A program made the position numbers and the translations under genes. Source: a bacterium (GTDB lineage Bacteria; SZUA-182; DTGQ01). Taken from it: a stretch of DNA of 36,556 nucleotides. Of the stretch, positions 20,043-29,667 are shown in pieces. Location of the stretch: positions 1 to 36,556 of the forward strand of contig JBFMGO010000052.1 in the NCBI GenBank assembly GCA_040752695.1. The letters run 5' to 3'. Every line of letters starts with the position of its first letter. The stretch's first letter is position 1. The notes beneath the pieces are model-generated. The model was not told the DNA's origin. It made no database searches and worked only from the letters and a program-made list of their open reading frames with translations.

Positions 20043-20918
20043 TTAGCTTTTTTCAAACAGATAGTTTATGGTTCCTGACTCGCATCTTTTCAATTGAGCC
20101 CATTGTTCAACATCTTCAAACGAAACTGCCCTGCGCTTAAGGTTGGCGGTCCATGCCCGGTATCCGGAGCGCCAGAAGATTTCAAACGTCTCGACATAGT
20201 GAGGATGGATGCCTTCCGGGTGATGCTCCGTCAGCCCGATCTCGATAATCCATACTGGTGCGGGCGACATCGCCAGCGTATTGGCGGCGCCCTGCAATAG
20301 ATTATATTCCGCTCCTTCCACATCCACCTTGATGCACAATCTCCTCCCGCAAAACCGCTCGCAACACACGATATCCAGTGTGGATAAGGGAATCATCCTC
20401 CGCAACAGCGGCGAAGCGCTGGCCCACCCGCTCACCAGAGATGCTGCTGTACCATCCCCATACAACATGGCCAAACCCGGTTGATAGGCCAGTCCCACCG
20501 GATAAACCTCCACGTCATGCCAGCCATTTGCATCAAGATTGGCATAGAGATAATCCAGGTTCTGAGGCAGAGGCTCAATAGCAAGGGTGTATTTGCCCAA
20601 TGATCGAGCCATGCAGGTGTAAAAGCCGATGTTAGCCCCAACATCCACAAACACGTCCGCGTCAGCAAGCAAATGTTTGATGAGGGCGACCTCTTCGGTC
20701 TCAAAAGTTCCTGTCTGCATGGCGCGATTACCCATGAGCTTGATGCCGTAAGGGGTAACTTGCGGCTGCTGCTTCTGAAAGGCCCAGGCATTGCGGAGTG
20801 TACGATAGGTAAAGGCCAGGGTGGGATACTGTTCGACATATGGTTTGAGCCTGGTAAGCAAATTTCTCCTCGCCGATTTTCCTGCACCGCAAACATCAAC
20901 AAAGGGCTTTTGTCCCAT
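20043..20918 (-). CDS. FkbM-family methyltransferase
   Basis: FVDVGANIG, AIEP and IKVDVEGAE motifs. Confidence 0.92.
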   Translation of the reverse strand: MGQKPFVDVCGAGKSARRNLLTRLKPYVEQYPTLAFTYRTLRNAWAFQKQQPQVTPYGIKLMGNRAMQTGTFETEEVALIKHLLADADVFVDVGANIGFYTCMARSLGKYTLAIEPLPQNLDYLYANLDANGWHDVEVYPVGLAYQPGLAMLYGDGTAASLVSGWASASPLLRRMIPLSTLDIVCCERFCGRRLCIKVDVEGAEYNLLQGAANTLAMSPAPVWIIEIGLTEHHPEGIHPHYVETFEIFWRSGYRAWTANLKRRAVSFEDVEQWAQLKRCESGTINYLFEKS

Positions 20919-20956
20919 TTTCTCATCCCCCTTGATTTTTAAGGGATAGTTTTGTA

Positions 20957-22063
20957 TTACCCAACTAATGATTGATATATTTTTAAATGTTGCATAGCTA
21001 TTTGTTGCGATGAAAAATCATTTTCAATCCTTGCTCTTGCTAAATTCCCAATGGCCAGTCTCTCCTTTTTGGATATTGCATAAACCTTCTCTATGGCATA
21101 TCGCAGAGCGACAGGATCGCTTGCTGGAATAGTGATACCCATTGAAGAGCTGGAGATAATTTTGGGAACACCGCCTACGGATGTAGCCACACAAACACAC
21201 CGCATGGCCATTGCTTCAAGTAACACAGTAGGACATGCTTCGCTCCTGGAAGGTAAAACAAATACGTCGCAATTCATAAGATAGGAACGAATTTCTTCCT
21301 GGTTCTTATACCCGAGAAACCGGATATGAAGATTGGGAAGCTTTTTGTTTATTTTTTTTGATTTCTCCTGTAGGAGATTGAAATACTTTTTCTGAGTTGT
21401 CAAAGCTGAACCAATGAGGAATAACTCCCCCTCTGAATTAAATTCGCCTAAAGCGTCAAGTAAGATATCATGCCCTTTCAATGGGTTTAAATTCCCCACG
21501 CATAAGATATTAAATGTATCATGTGTCTTTTTAATCTCTTTTTTTTGTTGATCCGATATGTTGTTAGTATCCCAAAAGGCTAAATCAACTGAAGCATGTA
21601 AGACAACATAATTTACTAAACCATATACCTCAGCAACTTTATCAATTACTGCAACCAACTGATACCGGCCAGGACTCAAAAACTTTAGTCCTGTATTTAC
21701 AATCAATTTATAAGCTTCAACGGCTTCGTGAAAATACCATACTACTGGAACATGAAGGATTCGGGCTGCAATAATGGGGGCAATATTAGCAGCCCCGTGT
21801 ACACAAAACACAGTTTGTTTTCTTTCAATTTTTTTGAATAGTGAAAAGAAAAGAATGAGTAAGACATTAAGAAATATCTCGATAAGATAAAGCGGCTTCC
21901 AAAAATGTCGAATACATATCAACCTGATATCAGTAAACGGCCCTTTTCCTGGAGTAATAATAATCTGGGAGGTTTTTGAAGATAATTTTCCTATGAATGA
22001 TTTAACATAAATATGATGACCATTAATACGATGATCCAATAGAAAATGGTAAATTTTCATCAT
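20957..22063 (-). CDS. Glycosyltransferase family 4
   Basis: VGNLNPLKG and DVFVLPSRSEACPTVLLEAMAM (EX7E) motifs. Start moved from 22147 to the ATG at 22063 after GAGG. Confidence 0.9.
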   Translation of the reverse strand: MMKIYHFLLDHRINGHHIYVKSFIGKLSSKTSQIIITPGKGPFTDIRLICIRHFWKPLYLIEIFLNVLLILFFSLFKKIERKQTVFCVHGAANIAPIIAARILHVPVVWYFHEAVEAYKLIVNTGLKFLSPGRYQLVAVIDKVAEVYGLVNYVVLHASVDLAFWDTNNISDQQKKEIKKTHDTFNILCVGNLNPLKGHDILLDALGEFNSEGELFLIGSALTTQKKYFNLLQEKSKKINKKLPNLHIRFLGYKNQEEIRSYLMNCDVFVLPSRSEACPTVLLEAMAMRCVCVATSVGGVPKIISSSSMGITIPASDPVALRYAIEKVYAISKKERLAIGNLARARIENDFSSQQIAMQHLKIYQSLVG

Positions 22064-22085
22064 TTCATTCCTCGGGGGGAGAGTA

Positions 22086-23654
22086 TTACGTTTCGAAATG
22101 ATAAGAGCACAGCTTATGCGGATTATAGTGAATATATCTTTCATCAACCAAGCGCAGCATGATCCAAATGAGGCAAAATAAACTGGCTATTCGAAAAAAG
22201 GCAAAATTCTGGTACCAGACACCACGAGCCAGCATTAATCCATTGACAAGATACCAGGTCAGGAAAAATAGGCTGTTTTTTTCATGTACTCTCCGTAAGA
22301 GCCAGGAGAAAAAGAAAGATAGGAAAAATGAAATGATAAAGCACCCAAAATAGCCAAAGTTAGCATACGCCTCGGCCGTTTCAAAGATTCCTCCCATGCT
22401 CATAAGAGTACTCCTTACACTGGTCTGCCACTCTAACCCTTGCGGTCGTGGTAAGCCAAGAAAAGCAGGTGGCAAGGACAAAAAATAATTAAAATAACTT
22501 TTCCCTAAAAGGAAATTCATTTCCCCGGAAGATGTCTTGACAATCATTCCATATAAGCCACCAATCATGGACCAGGCGGTTTCTATATTTAATACCTTTT
22601 TATCACCTACATATTTATCAACTACATGAAGAAACAAGAGATTATCTTTATCTTTTAAAACATCCATTTGAGTTTCTGCGAAGGACTGGCTGCCACTTGC
22701 CCTCCAATATCTGATACCATTGGAAAAAAGAAAACCTGTTATCATTAATGTGACCAATAATAGATAATACCTGGAATTTATGTTCGAATAAGCTCCAGCA
22801 TGATGACCAGGAAAAGACAACGTGTTGACAGAAGCACCATGTATACATCTAAAACAATATGTATGTGTACTGAGGAAATAAAAAACCAATAAGAGTAATG
22901 GTAGTAAGGTTTCGCAACGAGCTCCTGTCGAGATAGCGAATAAAAGAGATATTACTCCTAAAACGAAAGTCGTTTTCTTCCAGTTTGTTACATATTGTAA
23001 GGCTATCATAATCAAGGCAATGCCTATTGACCAAAAGACACCGAATACATTCAACTGAAATCCGAGACGCCTGGTCACCCACCCCCCACAGACATCCTCC
23101 GCATAGGTTCGCCCACCACCTAACGGTCCCCCGGCCAGGAGCAGCCATAGGCCGCTCCAAAACAAACTCATGACGAGCCCGCTCCAGAGAATTATTGAAA
23201 TTTTTCTTTCTATAACTCTTAAAAATAAATTAAAATCAAATTTTGTTTTTTTAATAAAGCCGGCAAACCATCCGGCAGAGCAGCCAAAAACAGATAACGC
23301 GCCGCTCATGACAACGGACGATGTTGTGGTAATGGTCTGATATGGTAAGCCCCACGGAGATAGATAAACCTCCCCTTTCCATAAGAGCCAGGTAATTGAG
23401 GTTAAGATCATGGGAATAAACAATAAAAGGTACCTGAAAGTAATAATCAGGTTGCCCTTAAATAGCCAGATACAACAGAGTGCATGAAAAAAAAGAATTA
23501 AGGAAGAAATAGCCAAGAAAAGATATACATCGGAATCCTTTGAATAGCTGAAGACAATAAAATGTAAGATAGCTGCTGACACGCTCACAACGGTCATGAA
23601 AAAGGCTTTCCTTTGATCTGGAATTTCTGTAAGGCAAGGTACTATTGGGTGCAT
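22086..23654 (-). CDS. Polytopic membrane protein, putative Wzy polymerase
   Basis: About 11-12 TM segments, TGAR motif, large loop, AEAYANFGYFG; located in a Wzx/Wzc/Wza cluster. Wzy proteins are poorly conserved, so the call relies on context. Confidence 0.65.
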   Translation of the reverse strand: MHPIVPCLTEIPDQRKAFFMTVVSVSAAILHFIVFSYSKDSDVYLFLAISSLILFFHALCCIWLFKGNLIITFRYLLLFIPMILTSITWLLWKGEVYLSPWGLPYQTITTTSSVVMSGALSVFGCSAGWFAGFIKKTKFDFNLFLRVIERKISIILWSGLVMSLFWSGLWLLLAGGPLGGGRTYAEDVCGGWVTRRLGFQLNVFGVFWSIGIALIMIALQYVTNWKKTTFVLGVISLLFAISTGARCETLLPLLLLVFYFLSTHTYCFRCIHGASVNTLSFPGHHAGAYSNINSRYYLLLVTLMITGFLFSNGIRYWRASGSQSFAETQMDVLKDKDNLLFLHVVDKYVGDKKVLNIETAWSMIGGLYGMIVKTSSGEMNFLLGKSYFNYFLSLPPAFLGLPRPQGLEWQTSVRSTLMSMGGIFETAEAYANFGYFGCFIISFFLSFFFSWLLRRVHEKNSLFFLTWYLVNGLMLARGVWYQNFAFFRIASLFCLIWIMLRLVDERYIHYNPHKLCSYHFET

Positions 23655-23712
23655 TGAATCCTCTGGGTTAATTTACTACCAGACACTTTTTGAGAAAGAG
23701 TCTATAGTTGAC

Positions 23713-24705
23713 TCAATATATTCTTTTGCTTTGTTCTGCTAATTTCAGGACAGGGTTCTTTTTTCGAAATCGTTCCCAGATGACCTTTCGAGCCAGCGGA
23801 TTACGGACCAGTTCGATTATGAAAGCCTCGGCTTTTATCGTAAAGGCAAGGTCAGAATGCCAGGTATTTCGCAGCCTCTTTAAGACCTTACTCCGATGAA
23901 AATATTCCGCCATTTCCGTCCGATCCTCAATCCATAATAGAAATTTTTTCCATGCATCTTCTTCCATCCGGGATGGATCAAAAAGACCGGCCTTACGGCG
24001 AAAATGGCAGATGAGAGCTGCCACTGCCATAAGAATCTGTAATCTTCCTGAGTCAGTATTCGATATTGAATAAGAATGCCTCCTGAGCTTAAGCAGGGTC
24101 TTATCCACACACCCTATCTTGCCGAACCCAAGTTCTGAGAGCCTGAGCCATAAGTCATAATCCTGGCTTCGAGTAAAACGGCCGTTATATCTTATGGGAA
24201 TCAACCCCGGCATCCTTCTATAGAAACCTGATGAGTGTGGAAAAAACTTTCCCATGGTTTCCAAATTCTTAACCAGCGGGTCATGATCAGATGGATAAGC
24301 ATGTTCCTTAATCACTTTTCCTTCGGCGTCGATTTCCATACAGCCACTGCCGAGCAGAATACAGTCAGGATGCTCTTTTACATACTCCAATTGTTCTTCT
24401 AACCTCCAGGGGAAACAGATATCATCAGCATCCATCACGGCAATCCAGGTGCCCCTGGCTATTTGCAGGGCAGCATTTAACGCATTCGTATAGCCTGAGT
24501 TTTTTATGCGAATTGTATTGATCCTGGAATCAAGATGCACAAATGCTTTTATAATCCCGGGCGTCTTATCAGTTGAGCCATCATCGACAATAATATATTC
24601 AAAATCCGGTAAGGTTTGGTCTAAAACACTTTCTATGGCCTCAGCCAGGTACTTTTCGCCATTGTAGACAGCAGTGATAACGCTCACTCCCGGTTCATGA
24701 GACAT
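23713..24705 (-). CDS. Glycosyltransferase family 2
   Basis: VSVITAVYNGEKY, VDDGSTD, MDADD and SQDYDLWLR motifs. Confidence 0.93.
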   Translation of the reverse strand: MSHEPGVSVITAVYNGEKYLAEAIESVLDQTLPDFEYIIVDDGSTDKTPGIIKAFVHLDSRINTIRIKNSGYTNALNAALQIARGTWIAVMDADDICFPWRLEEQLEYVKEHPDCILLGSGCMEIDAEGKVIKEHAYPSDHDPLVKNLETMGKFFPHSSGFYRRMPGLIPIRYNGRFTRSQDYDLWLRLSELGFGKIGCVDKTLLKLRRHSYSISNTDSGRLQILMAVAALICHFRRKAGLFDPSRMEEDAWKKFLLWIEDRTEMAEYFHRSKVLKRLRNTWHSDLAFTIKAEAFIIELVRNPLARKVIWERFRKKNPVLKLAEQSKRIY

Positions 24706-24748
24706 AGTATTTTCCCTGCCTTCCGCTGACGGTTACCATACGGCGGGG

Positions 24749-25999
24749 CTACCTGAGCCCGATGACTTTCAATATCTTCTCAAACCTCTTTTCCCACGTA
24801 TGCTCCCTGACCGCCCTTCTTCTGCCTGCATCTCCTATGACTTTAGCCTCATCTGAGTGCCGAAGATAATAGACCACTTTATCGGCGCATTCTTCGGGGG
24901 TTCGATACGTTATAATCTCATGACTGACATCATACAACTCATACAAATCAGGATTGTCATGGGTGAGATAGAGGCTTCCGCTCATAGGTCCATCAAAATC
25001 CCGCAGCTTTAAGGAATAAAAATCAGAGCAATGGCCAATAGTTCCAACTCCCAGAATAATTCGCGAACGGGCAAAAAGTTCAGGTATTTTTTCAACAGCT
25101 ATTCTTCCATTTGGCCAGCCATTACCATAGCAGGTAACAGGTACCCCTCTTTTTTCTATTGTCTTTACAATCCTGCTGCGTATTCCATAATTCGCTCCTA
25201 CAAAACAAACATCGTAGTGCTTTGGCTCAGCCAGATGCACGAAAATTTCAGGATCGCTTGCTTCGGGTACATATATGGCGGGACACCCTTCTACAAGATA
25301 CCACAGGCAGCATTCCCTGGCAGCAGTACAGGCAAGATCGATAGATCCGATAAGACCGGCAGTTCCTGACCAATTTCCATTCATTCGCTTGCATCGAAAG
25401 GCATGCCGGTCGTCCATGGAGATATTGACAACAGGTATACCAAGCTGACGAAGCTTTTGGAGTGTATCTGGAGGCATAGTAAAAGCCCACATCTGTCCAA
25501 TCACCATATGAAAAGGGGCTTTCTTGTGATCTTCCTGAACCATTTCCAATAGCCGATTGCCGTTTTCCCTTCTCTCATCTTTTCCCACGTTTCGATAATA
25601 TTGACCATATCTTCCCGTTTTGTGTTGAAAGGGGACAACCTTTCCAAACTTTCGCAAGCCCTGGATAATTCCCCCATAATCCTGACCTGCAACAGTGCCT
25701 ACATAGAGTATTCTTAGTTCTTCTTCCGGCAATGGCTTGAGATGAATACACCGCCTGGCGAAAGAATTCGCTGCCAGAGCTGAAATATCGGCCTCGCGAT
25801 AAGAAATTTTTTTTCCGGCAGCCAATTTTTTATAATATGCTTGTAAAGAGATATAGCGACGCTTATAAAGTGTTGCCTTCCAATGCCTATTAACGGCGTA
25901 CAATAATGGGATTTTTTTGAGGCTGTCCTTCACTGAGGCAGATGTCTGTTTTGTAAAAAACTTGAAGGGCATATCACCGAAAAGTGGGCAATACGCCAC
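24749..25999 (-). CDS. CgeB-like glycosyltransferase (Glyco_trans_1_2)
   Basis: YDVCFVG, YGNGW, KLRDFDGPMSG and AGRRRAVREHTWEKRF motifs; the start could alternatively be 25972. Confidence 0.85.
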   Translation of the reverse strand: MAYCPLFGDMPFKFFTKQTSASVKDSLKKIPLLYAVNRHWKATLYKRRYISLQAYYKKLAAGKKISYREADISALAANSFARRCIHLKPLPEEELRILYVGTVAGQDYGGIIQGLRKFGKVVPFQHKTGRYGQYYRNVGKDERRENGNRLLEMVQEDHKKAPFHMVIGQMWAFTMPPDTLQKLRQLGIPVVNISMDDRHAFRCKRMNGNWSGTAGLIGSIDLACTAARECCLWYLVEGCPAIYVPEASDPEIFVHLAEPKHYDVCFVGANYGIRSRIVKTIEKRGVPVTCYGNGWPNGRIAVEKIPELFARSRIILGVGTIGHCSDFYSLKLRDFDGPMSGSLYLTHDNPDLYELYDVSHEIITYRTPEECADKVVYYLRHSDEAKVIGDAGRRRAVREHTWEKRFEKILKVIGLR

Positions 26000-27314
26000 T
26001 ATTGATACAGCATCTCAGGATTTTTCGGACGGGTTCTATGCATAAATCATAAAGAGTGCATTCATATTTTGAAACTGTTGGCGGTATTTTAAAATAAGGA
26101 TTGAATCTGTAATATCTATTTACCCTCGAGTTATGCCCTTTTAAAAATAATAATCCTCTTTTATCTTCATATTCGTATAATTCACCGTTCTTTACATATC
26201 GGTAAAGTTCCGACCCGGGCAGGCCAACAAACACATTTTTCCCGACAAAATCAGGTTTTATTCTTTTTATCAACTGCTTGGTTAACTTAATATCCTCATT
26301 GGTTTCTGTAGGCAATCCAAATATGAAACTGGCATATGTTTTAATACCTGCTCTGCGTGCATTGTCAAAGGCATGTATGAACTGTTGAACTGTTTCACCT
26401 TTTTTTATGAAATCAAGCATCCGCGGGCTGCCGCTTTCAACCCCGATATAAAATGCCTTGCACCCTGCTCTCGCTATCAGGTCAACGTATTTAAAATCCT
26501 GCAGGCTGTCCGCCCTTGTCTCGCATAACCAGTCAATTTTTACATTATTCTTCATAAGAAGATTGCATAGTTCAATAATCCTCTTTTTATTTAAAGTAAA
26601 ATTGTCTTCCCTGAAATAGATGCATTTGGCATGATAATTTTTTTTTAAAAAAGCCATATCTTCAAATATCCTTGCTGGCGACATTGTTCTGTATGTTTTT
26701 CCCCATATGCCTTTAACAGAACAAAATTTACAGCTAAAAGGACAGCCCCTGCTCGTATTCATGGTAAAAACTGAACGGGAGTTTGTCCAGGTATCCGTCC
26801 AATTATAAGGTAATTTTATAAATTCTTCCCAGGCAGGTCTGGGCAGCGAATCCAGGTCTTCTATTCTTTCTCCATAAAGGATTCTATCTTTTTCATATCC
26901 TTCAACAATATCTATTATTTTTTTTTCACCCTCTCCTATAACGACATGATCTACATAATCTGGAAAATCATCCGGCATGAGCGAAGGATGGGGTCCACCG
27001 ACAATAATTTCCCCTTTCCATTTTTTTTCTATCCTCAGTTTCTGAATTTTATCAAGAAGTTTAACCGTCTCAATAAAGCACACTGTATTTGAATATATCC
27101 CAATATATTCTATATTATTTTCTTGTAAAAAACCCGATTCTATACTATTTGATCGTTGTAAGTATTCATCGCTAAAGTGTACTCTATGTCCTGCCTTTTT
27201 CAGGACGGCCATCAAAAAACCCAACCCAAGAGGAGGCTTTTTTTCTTTGGTTGAAAAAGGAGCAAATCTCGGTGCAGGGGAAGTCATTAAGAGAACGTTT
27301 TTACGGTCTTTCAT
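25974..27314 (-). CDS. B12-binding domain radical SAM protein (class B methyltransferase-like)
   Basis: N-terminal PPLGLGFLMA...GGPHPS cobalamin-binding domain; TSRGCPFSCKFC (CxxxCxxC); GVESGS and IFGLPTET motifs. Confidence 0.92.
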   Translation of the reverse strand: MKDRKNVLLMTSPAPRFAPFSTKEKKPPLGLGFLMAVLKKAGHRVHFSDEYLQRSNSIESGFLQENNIEYIGIYSNTVCFIETVKLLDKIQKLRIEKKWKGEIIVGGPHPSLMPDDFPDYVDHVVIGEGEKKIIDIVEGYEKDRILYGERIEDLDSLPRPAWEEFIKLPYNWTDTWTNSRSVFTMNTSRGCPFSCKFCSVKGIWGKTYRTMSPARIFEDMAFLKKNYHAKCIYFREDNFTLNKKRIIELCNLLMKNNVKIDWLCETRADSLQDFKYVDLIARAGCKAFYIGVESGSPRMLDFIKKGETVQQFIHAFDNARRAGIKTYASFIFGLPTETNEDIKLTKQLIKRIKPDFVGKNVFVGLPGSELYRYVKNGELYEYEDKRGLLFLKGHNSRVNRYYRFNPYFKIPPTVSKYECTLYDLCIEPVRKILRCCINSGVLPTFR

Positions 27315-27330
27315 TTTTTGATTCCTTTAC

Positions 27331-27390
27331 TTCGATGGCTTTTATTTTGGTGGCTTTTATTTCGATGGCCAGTGTTTCGATGACCAGAAA
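27331..27390. repeat. Intergenic 15-bp tandem repeat x4
   Basis: ttcgatggcttttat / tttggtggcttttat / ttcgatggccagtgt / ttcgatgaccagaaa. Confidence 0.85.
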
Positions 27391-27398
27391 CTTTAAGA

Positions 27399-28325
27399 TC
27401 ACAGCGAGTTATTATAAAGGTGATATACCATTTTAATCCCGTGAGAGAGGGAAACTTGAGCTGCCCATCCCATACTGTTTAATTTCGTTACGTCAAGCAG
27501 CTTTTGCGGGGTACCGTCGGGCTTGTCGGAATTGAACCTGATTTCCCCTTCATATCCGACAATGTCTTTGATCAAGAGAGCGAGTTCATGGATCGTAATG
27601 TCCTTGCCTGCGCCGATGTTAATGATCTGTGTGCTTTCATAACGGTCAATCAAAAACAGGCAGGCATCTGCAAGGTCATCCACAAATAGAAATTCCCGAC
27701 GTGGTTTACCCGTACCCCAGATTTCAACAAAAGGTTTTCGTTCGGTCTTGGCTTGATGAAATTTTCGAATCAAGGCAGGTAAAACGTGAGAACTGTCCAG
27801 ATCGAAGTTATCATTCGGACCGTACAGATTGGTAGGCATAACACAGATAAAATGTGTGCCATATTGCCTGTTATAGGACTGGCACATCTTGATTCCGGCA
27901 ATTTTTGCTACTGCATACGGCTCGTTGGTAGGTTCCAGTTCACCATTCAGCAAATACTCCTCCCTGAGAGGCTGTGGTGCCAGTTTCGGATAAATGCAGG
28001 AGCTTCCGAGAAAGATCAGCTTTTTCACTCCAAAAAGGTAGGCGCTGTGAATAATATGAGTCTGAATAGCGAGATTTTGGTAGATAAACTCTGCCGGACA
28101 GGTATTATTCGCCCAGATACCTCCGACTTTGGCGGCAGCTAAAAAGCAATACTCGGGCCGTTCCTTCTGGAAAAATGCTTCCACTTTATCCTGTCTGGTA
28201 AGGTCAAGTTCCTCGCGCGTCCGAACCAGAAGGTTCCCGTATCCCTCTTGTTTTAACCGGCGTACAAGAGCTGAACCGGCTAAGCCCCGGTGGCCGGCAA
28301 TATAGATTTTAGAAGATTTCTCCAA
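27399..28325 (-). CDS. fcl: GDP-L-fucose synthase
   Basis: [37 protein letters not shown] and [10 protein letters not shown] motifs. Start moved from 28397 to the TTG at 28325 after AAGGGG. Confidence 0.95.
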   Translation of the reverse strand: MEKSSKIYIAGHRGLAGSALVRRLKQEGYGNLLVRTREELDLTRQDKVEAFFQKERPEYCFLAAAKVGGIWANNTCPAEFIYQNLAIQTHIIHSAYLFGVKKLIFLGSSCIYPKLAPQPLREEYLLNGELEPTNEPYAVAKIAGIKMCQSYNRQYGTHFICVMPTNLYGPNDNFDLDSSHVLPALIRKFHQAKTERKPFVEIWGTGKPRREFLFVDDLADACLFLIDRYESTQIINIGAGKDITIHELALLIKDIVGYEGEIRFNSDKPDGTPQKLLDVTKLNSMGWAAQVSLSHGIKMVYHLYNNSL

Positions 28326-28374
28326 TTGATAGCACCCCTTCTTGATGAGAACTCTTGAAGATATCCATGATGGT

Positions 28375-29451
28375 TTATTGATCCTGATAAATAACATGGC
28401 CTGAAAAAGGCAACCCGTTATAACAGCTTACATAAGAAGCCATAATGTTCTTCATTACATCCTGACATTGTTTCACTTCGGAAAGGGCATGCACATCTGC
28501 ATCAGTCATGATATGTGCCAATTCTTTGAAAGTCACCTTGGGCTCCCACCCTAAAACTTTCTTTGCCTTGAGTGGATCGGCGAGCAGAAATTCAACCTCT
28601 GTTGGCCGAAAGTATCGGTGATCTATCTCGACATACTTCTTCCAGTCCAATCCCAGGTATGAAAAAGATTCCCTGACGAATTCTTCCACCGTATGAGACT
28701 CTCCGGTCCCAATGACAAAATCATCAGGGTTGTCCTTTTGCAGCATCATCCACATGGCCTCTACATATTCTGGAGCATATCCCCAGTCGCGGCGGGAATT
28801 TAAATTTCCCAGATAGAGTTTCTTTTGCAGTCCCAGCTTGATTCTGGCTGCCGCACGGGTTATTTTGCGGGTAACAAAAGTCTCTCCCCGGCGGGGGGAT
28901 TCATGATTGAAGAGGATGCCGTTGCAGGCAAAAAGTCCATACGCTTCGCGATAATTTTTGGTCACCCAATAGGCATACACTTTCGCTGCCGCATAGGGGC
29001 TTTTGGGATCAAAAGGTGTCTTCTCGTTCTGCGGCGCCGGGGCACCGCCGTACATTTCGCTTGAGGATGCCTGATAAAATCGAGTCTTGACCCCTGATTT
29101 GCGAATAGCTTCCAAAAGCCTTATAGCGCCGATACCGGTAATGTCGCCGGTGTATTCGGGCATCTCGAAACTCACCTTAACGTGACTTTGCGCCCCGAGA
29201 TGATAAATCTCATCCGGTTTGATAGAATAAATTAATTCTGTCAGATGACCGGAGACCGATAAATCACCAAAATGGAGAAAAAGCCTCGACTGTTTCTCGT
29301 GGGGATCCTGATAGATATGCTCGATGCGATCGGTATTAAAAGTGCTGGCCCTGCGAATAAGACCGTGAACCTCATACCCTTTATTCAAGAGCAGTTCTGT
29401 CAGGTATGATCCGTCTTGTCCGGTGATGCCAGTGATGAGGGCTTTTTTCAT
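28375..29451 (-). CDS. gmd: GDP-mannose 4,6-dehydratase
   Basis: [30 protein letters not shown] and [19 protein letters not shown] motifs. Confidence 0.97.
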   Translation of the reverse strand: MKKALITGITGQDGSYLTELLLNKGYEVHGLIRRASTFNTDRIEHIYQDPHEKQSRLFLHFGDLSVSGHLTELIYSIKPDEIYHLGAQSHVKVSFEMPEYTGDITGIGAIRLLEAIRKSGVKTRFYQASSSEMYGGAPAPQNEKTPFDPKSPYAAAKVYAYWVTKNYREAYGLFACNGILFNHESPRRGETFVTRKITRAAARIKLGLQKKLYLGNLNSRRDWGYAPEYVEAMWMMLQKDNPDDFVIGTGESHTVEEFVRESFSYLGLDWKKYVEIDHRYFRPTEVEFLLADPLKAKKVLGWEPKVTFKELAHIMTDADVHALSEVKQCQDVMKNIMASYVSCYNGLPFSGHVIYQDQ

Positions 29452-29530
29452 AGCTTCTTCCTCTTTTGCTTTTTGTAAATTCGCTCTTTGCTCTTTGTAA
29501 AAAGGTTAATCTCTCGCTTGCCTGCTCTAG

Positions 29531-29622
29531 TACCCCTTCACTCTTAAAATTGTGGTCTGCCATTTCGTCATTCCCGCAAAAGCTTAGAATCCAGTCTTTA
29601 CAAACTTGGCTGTGAAGAGGTA
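29531..29622. mobile_element. Putative MITE (imperfect 23-bp TIRs, CTAG/TTAG flanks) carrying one CGTC-type palindromic repeat
   Basis: Left end TACCCCTTCACTCTTAAAATTGT vs reverse complement of right end TACCTCTTCACAGCCAAGTTTGT (16/23); flanks CTAG (29527-30) and TTAG (29623-26); internal CGTCATTCCCGCAAAAGCTTAGAATCCAG at 29566-29594. Confidence 0.55.
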
Positions 29623-29667
29623 TTAGATTCGATTTACCGTATCCCTTACTTCCCACACTACCGCACA

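Noticed and set aside
12142..28397. Long N-terminal extensions in the ORF track for GT2, GNAT, rfbG, rfbF, GT4 and fcl
   Set aside because: They overlap upstream genes; downstream starts with RBS-like motifs match the family N termini better.
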